NCBI RefSeq assembly: GCF_046119375.1
Contig: NW_027362767.1
Location: 89,342,001 to 89,406,000 of the forward strand
Source: Phyllobates terribilis
Lineage: Eukaryota
Reading direction: 5' to 3'
Length of the DNA stretch: 64,000 bases
Shown in pieces: positions 37,551 to 51,806 of this stretch. The notes under the pieces are model-generated. The model ran no database searches. It saw only the letters and a list, made by a program, of their open reading frames with translations, and was not told the DNA's origin. Position 1 is the first letter of the stretch; each line of letters starts with the position of its first letter. Position numbers and translations under genes: made by a program.

Positions 37551-37857
37551 GACCCCTTGACGATCCCGACCTGGTCCAGGAGGAGCCGCCGACAGCAGCG
37601 CTGAATTGCCGCACAGAGACTGTTTCCCAGCACTGCATTTTCAATGTCAGCCACCGGCCAATCAGAGGCCAGCAGCTGACATCTGCATATGGCAATGACG
37701 TCATACTCACTGCGCCGACACGCAGATATCAGCTGCTGGCCTCTGATTGGCCGGCGGCTGGCATTGGAAATGCTGTGCTGGGAGACAGTCTCTGTGTGGC
37801 AATTCAGCGCTGCTGTCGGCGGCTCCTCCTGGACCAGGTCGGGATCGTCAAGGGGTC
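37551..37857. repeat. Long inverted repeat, 136-bp arms and 35-nt loop
   Basis: 37551-37686 is the reverse complement of 37722-37857 with about 7 mismatches; loop contains ATGACGTCAT. Confidence 0.95.
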
Positions 37858-40711
37858 TGTGCCTGCGGGCCGCATAAAGCAGCCTCAGGGGCCGCATGCG
37901 GGCCGCGTGTTTGAGACCCCTGCTTTAAACCCTTTGCAGAGAATCTATTGTGGAGGTGCATAAGGCAGTAACCATAGAGTGCCCCTCTGTGGTCTGTGAG
38001 CTTCCTCTCCTATACTTGTACCAAGGTAATAAGTTATCCCCTAGCCATAGGATTGGGGTAACTTACCGATCGTTGGGGTTCTGACTGCTACCGATCTTAA
38101 TAATGGGCCTCATGTGAATGGAGCGGGGGGTCGAGCATACGCACCTCCATTCAGCCTCTATGAAACTGGTGGAGATAGCCAAGCGCATGCATACTCGACC
38201 TCCGCTCCGCCACAGAGCCCCGTTCTTGGGATCAGTGGGGATCCCAGCAGTCGTCCCCTATTCTATCGATAGTGGATAGCTTATTAACTTAGGAGAACCC
38301 CTTTAAAAGTGTTTTCACACATTGTGCGCAAAAAAATTGGTTGCGAATACACAAAGTGCGGAAAATCTGCAGCGTAATGCAGGTCCAGCTCAAGAAAGCT
38401 CATCTGCTCATTGCAAACAATTTCTATGCAAAAACCAACGTATGGATCTTCAAATTCACCATGTGTATGGGCGGAATTCATTGCCGACTTCATTCTTTGC
38501 AGTGAACGGGATGAAATCTGTGAATAATCTGCTGTATGGGATTTTGCTGCAGACGAGACATAAAAGCTGCTGAAAAATCTGCAGCAAAGTGAAAATCCCA
38601 TTCAGCTGCCGACATTTTCCCTAAATGCAATAAGGACGCTTCTAAAAGTGCCGGCAGATTTTCCTCTGAGTGCAGAATAATGCTAATATGTGCAAGCACA
38701 AATTCTGTGTGGTTTAGGTTTGCAGTACGGAGCAGTCCTGGATATACAGATCATTCCCACTGCCATTTACAGTGGGGGCGCACAAATATTAGAATTGTAA
38801 TTATAGAATTTTTTTTCACAACACGTTTTCATTTCTTAATTAGTAATAGTCCTAACGATATCCTAATTTTAGGCTAGGAACAACAACAAAAAAAAAAAAG
38901 TGTAGCTAGTTTCGGCCCCGTTCTGTATGCAGTGTTTTCCCCCTCGCTGTGATGCCAGCAAAAATATTGAGTGCCAAAATAAACTTTTCCATCCATAATT
39001 TAGGATTTTTCACACCAAAAAATAGAGGAGGGCTTCAAGCCAGGTCCCCTAATGGCAAAAAACAGCAATTCTATTAGCAATCATGGCACTGGTTGAAGGT
39101 TTGTCAGCAGGACGTCATCCACAAATCATTTCATTTCTTGGATCAGTAAATAAATTGAATCCTCCATATGGGTCTCGGTTCATCCATGGGATTTAGACTT
39201 GTTTAGACTGCTGCCTCATTTCCTGGATTTTTAAAAGCATCTTGAAAAGAAAAAAAAGAAATGACAGAAGTTACTACTTGTGCCAAGAGCGCTGATTATA
39301 GACCTTCAGGTAGCGTTTTATATATACACAGTCGTTTTCCATTTAGGGGTATTTGTTCTTGTGCGGCATCGTTGCTGATGAACTACATGTACCACAATAC
39401 TCTGCCAATAAGATGGACATTATGGAACTTTTTTATGTGGATTCCTATCTATATGGGGTGATATGCCGTCCCTTACCTAGATGGGAGTACCTCTTTAATC
39501 ATTTCCCCGCATTCATGGCCAGATGCGCATTTTTTAAAAATTTTTTTATGAGTTCTAAAAATATTTCTCAATTATTCAGATAATTTTTGCTTTATTTTTC
39601 TATTTTGTGACAATTTTATTGTCCTTTTTCTAACCGTATTTTTATGCGTTGTGAAGAAATGTAAAAAATAAAATAACCATAAAATTTATTTTAAATTGTT
39701 CTCCCCTTTCTGTAACAATATATTTTTATTTCCCAGACACGAGATTGTTCTTTTTCACCAAGGGTTGGGAGAGAAACTTTTAATCCGGCCTTTTTTTTTC
39801 CCCATACTTTTTTCCTTTCTTTTCATTTTTTTATTTGTTTCATTCATTGTGCCTTTTATATGGTCTTATACATTTTTAGGGGCATTTCAACACTTAGATC
39901 ATTTTTAGGGCTGATTTTTCCAGTACACGAACGTATCTTTGGTCGGTTTGCGGTCATTGTAGGAACGGACCGCACATGGATCCAATGTTAGCCTATGTGC
40001 TAGTGCACATGGGTGATTGTCTTGGGAAAAAATTAGGGACCAGATTAGTGCATGTAAATGCAGGCAACCTCTGCAGCCGTCCGCTGTCTCGATGAGTGCA
40101 CGGAGCCAGGTACATCATCATTTTGCTGACATGAAAGGGAAATTCAGCCTCATGCCTGCCCAGCAGAGCTGATCTGAGTCTACTAAGATCCAGCAGTTTC
40201 TGCTGCCTCCCTGCGATCATGTGATCACTAGGGAGGAGGGAGCGCTCAGTGCTTCCCCGCACTGTATACACAGTGCTCACTGAGCGCTCTGTATACAGCT
40301 ATTAGATGCATGTAGATTTTAATGGGCAGCGAGGCTTAGGTGGCTGACAAGTGACTCCGCCAACAGCTTCTCTCCCACGGGAGAAGTAGATGGTCCGTCA
40401 ATGCCACTAAAATCTGCAGTTTGTTGACGTTCTATATTGGGCGCCTTTTGACCTCCAAATAGAATGATTAAGTGATGATGAATGTGTGTGGAAAATAAAA
40501 TAAAAAGAATGGAGAATATATATTCCTGTAATTCCCTGCTAGATGTTTTACAGCATCTCCAAGGTGGATTTTCAGGTTGAAGATTCTGTAAAGAAAGAAA
40601 AACTATAAGCCATGACCACTAAAGTGCTTTGTGCCGGAGAGAGAAGAAATAAAAAAGGAAAAATGTGGAAAAGACACGTAATCATGAGGGGGTGCTGGTG
40701 ATCAAGGAGTA

Positions 40712-43700
40712 GAATACATAGGGGGTATGAGCAGAATGATTACACACAGGGGGTATGAGCAGAATGATTAAACACGGGGTATGAGCAGAATGATTACACA
40801 CAGGGGGTATGAGCAGAATGATTACACACAGGGGGTATGAGCAGAATGATTACACACAGGGGGCATGAGCAGAATGATTACACACAGGGGGTATGAGCAG
40901 AATGATTACACACAGGGGGTATGAGCAGAATGATTACACACACGGGGTATGAGCAGAATGATTACACACAGGGGGTATGAGCAGAATGATTACACACAGG
41001 GGGCATGAGCAGAATGATTACACACAGGGGGTATGAGCAGAATGATTACACACAGGGGGTATGAGCAGAATACTTACACACAGGGGGTATGAGCAGAATG
41101 ATTACACACACGGGGTATGAGCAGAATGATTACACACAGGGGGTATGAGCAGAATGATTACACACAGGGGGTATGAGCAGAATGATTACACACAGGGGGT
41201 ATGAGCAGAATGATTACACACAGGGGGTATGAGCAGAATACTTACACACAGGGGGCATGAGCAGAATACTTACACACAGGGGGCATGAGCAGAATACTTA
41301 CACACAGGGGGTATGAGCAGAATACTTACACACAGGGGGCATGAGCAGAATACTTACACACAGGGGGCATGAGCAGAATACTTACACACAGGGGGCATGA
41401 GCAGAATACTTACACACAGGGGGTATGAGCAGAATACTTACACACAGGGGGCATGAGCAGAATACTTACACACAGGGGGCATGAGCAGAATACTTACACA
41501 CAGGGGGCATGAGCAGAATACTTACACACAGGGGGCATGAGCAGAATACTTACACACAGGGGGTATGAGCAGAATGATTACACACAGGGGGCATGAGCAG
41601 AATGATTAAACACGGGGTATGAGCAGAATGATTACACACAGGGGGTATGAGCAGAATGATTACACACAGGGGGTATGAGCAGAATGATTACACACAGGGG
41701 GTATGAGCAGAATGATTACACACAGGGGGTATGAGCAGAATGATTACACACAGGGGGCATGAGCAGAATGATTACACACAGGGGGTATGAGCAGAATACT
41801 TACACACAGGGGGTATGAGCAGAATGATTACACACAGGGGGTATGAGCAGAATGATTACACACAGGGGGTATGAGCTGAATGATTACACACAGGGGGTAT
41901 GAGCAGAATACTTACACACAGGGGGCATGAGCAGAATGATTACACACAGGGGGTATGAGCAGAATACTTACACACAGGGGGCATGAGCAGAATACTTACA
42001 CACAGGGGGTATGAGCAGAATGATTACACACAGGGGGTATGAGCAGAATGATTACACACAGGGGGTATGAGCAGAATGATTACACACAGGGGGTATGAGC
42101 AGAATGATTACACACAGGGGGCATGAGCAGAATGATTACACACAGGGGGCATGAGCAGAATGATTACACACAGGGGGCATGAGCAGAATGATTACACACA
42201 GGGGGCATGAGCAGAATGATTACACACAGGGGGTATGAGCAGAATGATTACACACGGGGGGTATGAGCAGAATGATTACACACAGGGGGTATGAGCAGAA
42301 TGATTACACACAGGGGGTATGAGCAGAATGATTACACACAGGGGGCATGAGCAGAATGATTACACACAGGGGGTATGAGCAGAATGATTACACACACGGG
42401 GTATGAGCAGAATGATTACACACAGGGGGTATGAGCAGAATGATTACACACACGGGGTATGAGCAGAATGATTACACACAGGGGGCATGAGCAGAATGAT
42501 TACACACAGGGGGCATGAGCAGAATGATTACACACAGGGGGTATGAGCAGAATGATTACACACAGGGGGTATGAGCAGAATGATTACACACGGGGGGTAT
42601 GAGCAGAATGATTACACACGGGGGGTATGAGCAGAATGATTACACACAGGGGGTATGAGCAGAATGATTACACACAGGGGGTATGAGCAGAATGATTACA
42701 CACAGGGGGTATGAGCAGAATGATTACACACAGGGGGTATGAGCAGAATACTTACACACAGGGGGCATGAGCAGAATACTTACACACAGGGGGCATGAGC
42801 AGAATACTTACACACAGGGGGTATGAGCAGAATACTTACACACAGGGGGCATGAGCAGAATACTTACACACAGGGGGCATGAGCAGAATACTTACACACA
42901 GGGGGCATGAGCAGAATACTTACACACAGGGGGTATGAGCAGAATACTTACACACAGGGGGCATGAGCAGAATACTTACACACAGGGGGTATGAGCAGAA
43001 TACTTACACACAGGGGGCATGAGCAGAATACTTACACACAGGGGGCATGAGCAGAATACTTACACACAGGGGGCATGAGCAGAATACTTACACACAGGGG
43101 GCATGAGCAGAATACTTACACACAGGGGGTATGAGCAGAATGATTACACACAGGGGGCATGAGCAGAATGATTAAACACGGGGTATGAGCAGAATGATTA
43201 CACACAGGGGGTATGAGCAGAATGATTACACACAGGGGGTATGAGCAGAATGATTACACACAGGGGGTATGAGCTGACTGATTACACACAGGGGGTATGA
43301 GCAGAATGATTACACACAGGGGGTATGAGCTGAATGATTACACACAGGGGGTATGAGCAGAATACTTACACACAGGGGGCATGAGCAGAATGATTACACA
43401 CAGGGGGTATGAGCAGAATACTTACACACAGGGGGCATGAGCAGAATACTTACACACAGGGGGTATGAGCAGAATGATTACACACAGGGGGTATGAGCAG
43501 AATGATTACACACAGGGGGTATGAGCAGAATGATTACACACAGGGGGTATGAGCAGAATGATTACACACAGGGGGCATGAGCAGAATGATTACACACAGG
43601 GGGCATGAGCAGAATGATTACACACAGGGGGCATGAGCAGAATGATTACACACAGGGGGCATGAGCAGAATGATTACACACAGGGGGTATGAGCAGAATG

Positions 43701-46700
43701 ATTACACACGGGGGGTATGAGCAGAATGATTACACACAGGGGGTATGAGCAGAATGATTACACACAGGGGGTATGAGCAGAATGATTACACACAGGGGGC
43801 ATGAGCAGAATGATTACACACAGGGGGTATGAGCAGAATGATTACACACACGGGGTATGAGCAGAATGATTACACACAGGGGGTATGAGCAGAATGATTA
43901 CACACACGGGGTATGAGCAGAATGATTACACACAGGGGGCATGAGCAGAATGATTACACACAGGGGGCATGAGCAGAATGATTACACACAGGGGGTATGA
44001 GCAGAATGATTACACACAGGGGGTATGAGCAGAATGATTACACACGGGGGGTATGAGCAGAATGATTACACACGGGGGGTATGAGCAGAATGATTACACA
44101 CAGGGGGTATGAGCAGAATGATTACACACAGGGGGTATGAGCAGAATGATTACACACGGGGTATGAGCAGAATACTTACACACAGGGGGTATGAGCAGAA
44201 TGATTACACACGGGGGGTATGAGCAGAATGATTACACACAGGGGGTATGAGCAGAATGATTACACACAGGGGGTATGAGCAGAATGATTACACACGGGGT
44301 ATGAGCAGAATACTTACACACAGGGGGCATGAGCAGAATGATTACACACAGGGGGTATGAGCAGAATACTTACACACAGGGGGTATGAGCAGAATGATTA
44401 CACACAGGGGGCATGAGCAGAATGATTACACACAGGGGGTATGAGCAGAATGATTACACACACGGGATATGAGCAGAATACTTACACACAGGGGGCATGA
44501 GCAGAATGATTACACACAGGGGGCATGAGCAGAATGATTACACACAGGGGGCATGAGCAGAATGATTACACACAGGGGGCATGAGCAGAATGATTACACA
44601 CAGGGGGTATGAGCAGAATGATTACACACAGGGGGCATGAGCAGAATGATTACACACAGGGGGCATGAGCAGAATGATTACACACAGGGGGCATGAGCAG
44701 AATGATTACACACAGGGGGCATGAGCAGAATGATTACACACAGGGGGTATGAGCAGAATGATTACACACGGGGGGTATGAGCAGAATGATTACACACAGG
44801 GGGTATGAGCAGAATGATTACACACGGGGGGTATGAGCAGAATGATTACACACAGGGGGTATGAGCAGAATGATTACACACAGGGGGTATGAGCAGAATG
44901 ATTACACACACGGGGTATGAGCAGAATGATTACACACAGGGGGTATGAGCAGAATGATTACACACACGGGGTATGAGCAGAATGATTACACACAGGGGGT
45001 ATGAGCAGAATGATTACACACGGGGGGTATGAGCAGAATGATTACACACAGGGGGTATGAGCAGAATGATTACACACAGGGGGTATGAGCAGAATGATTA
45101 CACACACGGGGTATGAGCAGAATGATTACACACAGGGGGTATGAGCAGAATGATTACACACAGGGGGTATGAGCAGAATGATTACACACAGGGGGTATGA
45201 GCAGAATGATTACACACACGGGGTATGAGCAGAATGATTACACACAGGGGGCATGAGCAGAATGATTACACACAGGGGGTATGAGCAGAATGATTACACA
45301 CAGGGGGTATGAGCAGAATGATTACACACGGGGGGTATGAGCAGAATGATTACACACGGGGGGTATGAGCAGAATGATTACACACAGGGGGTATGAGCAG
45401 AATGATTACACACAGGGGGTATGAGCAGAATGATTACACACGGGGTATGAGCAGAATACTTACACACAGGGGGTATGAGCAGAATACTTACACACAGGGG
45501 GTATGAGCAGAATGATTACACACAGGGGGCATGAGCAGAATGATTACACACAGGGGGTATGAGCAGAATGATTACACACACGGGATATGAGCAGAATACT
45601 TACACACAGGGGGCATGAGCAGAATGATTACACACAGGGGGCATGAGCAGAATGATTACACACAGGGGGCATGAGCAGAATGATTACACACAGGGGGCAT
45701 GAGCAGAATGATTACACACAGGGGGCATGAGCAGAATGATTACACACAGGGGGCATGAGCAGAATGATTACACACAGGGGGCATGAGCAGAATGATTACA
45801 CACAGGGGGTATGAGCAGAATGATTACACACGGGGGGTATGAGCAGAATGATTACACACAGGGGGCATGAGCAGAATGATTACACACAGGGGGCATGAGC
45901 AGAATGATTACACACGGGGTATGAGCAGAATGATTACACACAGGGGGTATGAGCAGAATGATTACACACAGGGGGCATGAGCAGAATGATTACACACGGG
46001 GTATGAGCAGAATGATTACACACAGGGGGTATGAGCAGAATGATTACACACAGGGGGTATGAGCAGAATGATTACACACAGGGGGTATGAGCAGAATGAT
46101 TACACACAGGGGGTATGAGCAGAATGATTACACACAGGGGGTATGAGCAGAATGATTACACACAGGGGGCATGAGCAGAATGATTACACACAGGGGGTAT
46201 GAGCAGAATGATTACACACGGGGGGCATGAGCAGAATGATTACACACGGGGGGTATGAGCAGAATGATTACACACGGGGGGTATGAGCAGAATGATTACA
46301 CACGGGGTATGAGCAGAATGATTACACACAGGGGGTATGAGCAGAATACTTACACACAGGGGGTATTAGCAGAATGATTACACACAGGGGGTATGAGCAG
46401 AATGATTACACACAGGGGGTATGAGCAGAATGATTACACACAGGGGGTATGAGCAGAATGATTACACACAGGGGGTATGAGCAGAATGATTACACACAGG
46501 GGGCATGAGCAGAATGATTACACACAGGGGGTATGAGCAGAATGATTACACACAGGGGGTATGAGCAGAATGATTACACACAGGGGGTATGAGCAGAATG
46601 ATTACACACAGGGGGTATGAGCAGAATGATTACACACAGGGGGCATGAGCAGAATGATTACACACAGGGGGCATGAGCAGAATGATTACACACAGGGGGT

Positions 46701-48325
46701 ATGAGCAGAATGATTACACACAGGGGGTATGAGCAGAATACTTACACACAGGGGGTATGAGCAGAATGATTACACACAGGGGGCATGAGCAGAATGATTA
46801 CACACAGGGGGTATGAGCAGAATGATTACACACAGGGGGCATGAGCAGAATGATTACACACAGGGGGCATGAGCAGAATGATTACACACAGGGGGTATGA
46901 GCAGAATGATTACACACGGGGTATGAGCAGAATACTTACACACAGGGGGTATGAGCAGAATACTTACACACAGGGGGTATGAGCTGAATGATTACACACA
47001 GGGGGTATGAGCAGAATGATTACACACAGGGGGTATGAGCAGAATGATTACACACAGGGGGTATGAGCAGAATGATTACACACAGGGGGTATGAGCAGAA
47101 TGATTACACACAGGGGGCATGAGCAGAATGATTACACACAGGGGGTATGAGCAGAATGATTACACACAGGGGGTATGAGCAGAATACTTACACACAGGGG
47201 GTATGAGCTGAATGATTACACACAGGGGGTATGAGCAGAATACTTACACACAGGGGGTATGAGCTGAATGATTACACACAGGGGGTATGAGCAGAATGAT
47301 TACACACAGGGGGTATGAGCAGAATGATTACACACAGGGGGTATGAGCAGAATGATTACACACAGGGGGTATGAGCAGAATGATTACACACAGGGGGTAT
47401 GAGCAGAATACTTACACACAGGGGGTATGAGCAGAATGATTACACACAGGGGGTATGAGCAGAATGATTACACACAGGGGGTATGAGCAGAATGATTACA
47501 CACAGGGGGTATGAGCAGAATACTTACACACAGGGGGTATGAGCAGAATGATTACACACAGGGGGTATGAGCAGAATACTTACACACAGGGGGTATGAGC
47601 TGAATGATTACACACAGGGGGTATGAGCAGAATGATTACACACAGGGGGTATGAGCAGAATGATTACACACAGGGGGTATGAGCAGAATGATTACACACA
47701 GGGGGTATGAGCAGAATGATTACACACAGGGGGCATGAGCAGAATGATTACACACAGGGGGTATGAGCAGAATACTTACACACAGGGGGTATGAGCTGAA
47801 TGATTACACACAGGGGGTATGAGCAGAATGATTACACACAGGGGGTATGAGCAGAATGATTACACACAGGGGGTATGAGCAGAATGATTACACACAGGGG
47901 GTATGAGCTGAATGATTACACACAGGGGGTATGAGCAGAATGATTACACACAGGGGGCATGAGCAGAATGATTACACACAGGGGGTATGAGCAGAATGAT
48001 TACACACAGGGGGTATGAGCTGAATGATTACACACAGGGGGTATGAGCAGAATGATTACACACAGGGGGTATGAGCAGAATACTTACACACAGGGGGTAT
48101 GAGCAGAATGATTACACACAGGGGGTATGAGCAGAATGATTACACACAGGGGGTATGAGCAGAATGATTACACACAGGGGGTATGAGCAGAATACTTACA
48201 CACAGGGGGTATGAGCAGAATGATTACACACAGGGGGTATGAGCAGAATGATTACACACAGGGGGCATGAGCAGAATGATTACACACAGGGGGTATGAGC
48301 AGAATGATTACACACAGGGGGCATG
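40712..48325. repeat. 28-bp minisatellite, about 7.6 kb (about 270 units)
   Basis: ACACACAGGGGGTATGAGCAGAATGATT, with GGCAT, AATACTT, GCTGAAT and 26-bp variants. Confidence 0.99.
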
Positions 48326-49224
48326 TAAGGTCGTCAGAAACGGGTGCAGCTGTAATGTTGGATCAATGCCAATAACACCCAGTCAGACCACTTCTGTCAT
48401 TTACTAACAGGAAAAGTGAAAAGTTACAATGAACTGAACACTGTGAGCAGCAGCTTTCCTTTTTGACTGCATTGGTTTGATAATATTATTCAATGTACCC
48501 CACTAGTAATCCCCAACATGTGCATTAAACAAGAATCACCTCCTATATTAATAGGCAAGTTAGATAAATGCATCACATATAATAAAGCCGGCCATACCTA
48601 TTAGATTCAATTGTATCTGTGATCTCTCCTTAAGGTAGGTCATCAATGTCAGATCAGTGGGGGTCTGACAACAGTCAGCTGGTACTAGTTCCAGCAGTGT
48701 ATGGAGAAGAATACTACCTCTCTGTCCCACTGGGTAATGGCCTCTCCCTGGTGCTACAGATCTACTACCATACAAATAATAGCTGATCTGCAGTACCTGG
48801 CAGCATCCACTACAGTGTGCTGATCTGCGGGCTTCTGCTCTGTACACTGCTTGCATCCAGCCACAGCTGGTGAGGTCCGACACAGGCCATCCCCATCAAG
48901 CTGAAATTGATGACCGACCAGAAAGATAGGCCGTCTGTATAATGGTAGTGGAAACCCTTTTAACCTTGGCTGGACCCACCAATCCTGTGTTTTTGGCTTC
49001 TCGGCTTTTCCCGGGCAGGTGTCCACCAGCGGCTTCTTCCCATTGTCTGAGCCAGGTATGTTTATATGTGGGGAGAAGGGGTGTTGTAAGAGCGGAGGGA
49101 TGTGATGGAGGTGTATGGGCACCTTCCTTTGCTTAGTTCTTCCTTAAAAATTAGTAAAGAAGTTCTTGAGTCACTGGGATATTACAATATACAGACTGGT
49201 TACTAAGAATTAGAGGAAAATTAA

Positions 49225-50369
49225 AGGGAATCTGTCAGTAGGATCTACCCTCTTAAGCCGTCTATAGGAGCATGTAGGTCATAGGAAGGGGAATAAAATG
49301 ATACCTTGATATCTGTGATCCGATGAATGGTTCCAGAGAAATCCATGTTTTTCTTATGCAAATGAGCTGATAAGATCTCTTTCAAAATAATCTATTAAAT
49401 GTGTTTTTTTTTAAAGGAGTAATTTTTATGTTTTTAAAAATTATATAAATATATTTTTTCTTATTTACTTCCTATTAGGGGTCTTAAACCTGCCATCACC
49501 TGATCTCTTGTCTATATGCAACATTACCACAATATTGCTGTATATAGCAGAAATCACAATCTCCTGACACTCAGCCCATGACTGAGCTTCACAGGAGTAC
49601 TGGCATAACAGCCATGGGGGTCGTCAGTAGGACCCCCGCTTGCATGGCTATGCACGATTGCATCGCAGTGGGGGTATCCGATGGACACATTGAATTGCAC
49701 TCCCCTGGAACATGTGCCTTTTTAAAGTGGCTATGTCCAGTTTAGAAGTTATCCCCTATCAAGTAGATAGGTTATAACTTCCCAATCACTAGGGTCCTGA
49801 CCATTGGGACCCCCATCGATCCTAATTATGGGGGCTACATAAATGTAGTGATGGGGGATCATGAGCACTGCTGGAGATAGCCAAGGCTGCGCTCAGCTTG
49901 TCTACCACAATCCCATAAGAATGAATGGAGCAGCAGTATTCATGATCCACCATCACTCCATTTACACAGGGCTCTTCAGTGCCCCCATTATCCGGATCGC
50001 TGGTGGTCCTAGCAATTAGACCCCCAGCAATCGGGAAGTTATCCCCTATCCTATGAATATGGATAACATCTAAAAATGTCCTATGCTGGTTAGCGGTTAG
50101 TGTGTCAGCACAAAATTACTGTTCAAACAGAGCGCAGGAGTTCCGGGCACCCTTGGCAGTTTACTGCACCTTCCCACCTACTTGTTTTCCATCTATCTCC
50201 ACCCTCCTCTGCCTTAATCAGATGTGTCAATCAGGGAAGAGGGGGCAGAGAGCAGTGCAAAACAATTGGGTGAGAAGGTGCACTGAGCTGTTTGTTCAAA
50301 CCAAGCAGAGGCGCTCTGTTCTTGTTCTGTGCTTTGTGTGGCCAGTCATTTTCTACTGACAGATGCCCT
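49225..50369. mobile_element. Composite T2/Kolobok-type element
   Basis: TTAA|AGGGAATCTGTCAGTAG ... CTACTGACAGATGCCCT|TTAA (16/17 inverted match); interior holds fragments of other MITEs. Confidence 0.6.
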
Positions 50370-51806
50370 TTAAAAGGCAAAACATTTTAAATGAATCCCA
50401 TTCGCAAAAAAAAATATTTTTTTAGGACAAAATACATGCATTTATGTAAAAGAAAAAAATCCCCAAGGGTGTCCATATTCAAATCTGGCACCAGGTGTTT
50501 GCCTTCTAATCTAAGAGAGAGAGAGGCCCTGATCCAGTCATGTCACTTACTGGGCTGCTTGCTACAGTTTTGACTAAATCACAGTTTTAGCAGCAGGAGA
50601 TTATCATTAGCTGACAAGTAAACCTGCTGCTGGTAGTCCTCCATATTCATGAACTCTGTATAGCCCCTCCCCATCTGTGATTGGCAGCTTTATGCCTATA
50701 CACCGTGTACACTGAAAGCTGCCAATCAGTGGTGTGGGCGGAGTTATACAGAGCTCAGCATTCAGAGCACTGCTGCATCTACAGCAGAAAAACTGTAATT
50801 TTATCAAAACTGCAGCAAGCTGCCTAGTAAGTGGCACATCGCTGCAATCAGTATCTCTGCCTCTACAGCAAGCTGCTCTCAGATGGGGTAGCAAAAACCT
50901 GGTTCTGATTTTGGGCTTCAGTACCTCGGTACATTCTGTATCACTACTCAGAATTGACCCATCTCCATCTCTCGATCATGCCGGTTGGTAGGGCCGCGGC
51001 AGTCCCTATGATTACATGGCATCACACATCTTCTGTTTTTAAGATCATATTAATTAATAAAAAAAATAATGCATTTGACTCAATTTTTCCTGTGTGGGGC
51101 CCCTGATGTAAAGATGTTCTTACACATTGTCCCTACAGAATCATTTTAATTTTCTATTCATGCACATAAAGGTGAATGCTTTCCATGGGTAGAAGAGGTC
51201 ATAATTATAGGCAATGTGGAAATGTTCCCCTTAAGTGATGATCGCCTTATTAGTGCAATGTGCTCCTCTATGGGCCAGGACAGATCTTTTCTCTAGTAAT
51301 TACATTTTCACCTATTGCTATTACCATTTGGGCCCCTTGTCACAATTGGTTTCATGTTTTCTTTTTTTCCCCGGCAGTAAGGACAGCGGGCGTCCTGTGT
51401 GTGTGCCGCCACTCTGTGTGCCATAATGGGCTGTAATTACGGAGTTTGCGGCACAATGCATGGATGTTTGTTTAAAGCTGAATAGCCTGCTCTGAATGGG
51501 CTTTTCTATTAAGGAAATACAATGCCATATTATCAAAGATATCCCAGGGATGGCATTTCCCACACGTGTAGCTTTGTGGCAGATTTTTGTATCCAGACTA
51601 ATCCAGAGAGGTGTCATTTTCTACAAGTCACTCCTTTCCTTTCCAATGAGGACATGGATTCATTTTACAATATTGCAGCTCTTAACTAAGAAAAATATAG
51701 AAAATGCATATTAATGGAAAATCAACATTGTGGAGACGACTCTTAAATAGATCTTAGACCTGAGGAGGCTGGTACACTCACTTTGAAAAGGTGTTAGAAA
51801 GGTAGG

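Larger units (their letters stand above)
29961..37922. mobile_element. Non-autonomous hAT (Buster/Charlie-type) element, 7962 bp, carrying a minisatellite
   Basis: Perfect TIR CAGGGGTCTCAAAC / GTTTGAGACCCCTG; perfect 8-bp TSD CTTTAAAC (29953-29960, 37923-37930) with central TA; no transposase. Confidence 0.95.

Noticed and set aside
30167-37560. Many long ORFs (up to 1182 aa) of PHPGPHLVAMCPIQV repeats
   Set aside because: Stop-free translation of 31/32-bp units inside a hAT element; the frame rotates with each unit, with no codon-level constraint.
48395-48470. TACTAAC-AG acceptor-like motif
   Set aside because: The branch motif is directly adjacent to the AG with no pyrimidine tract; the downstream frame has no RALGAPA similarity and no clear donor.
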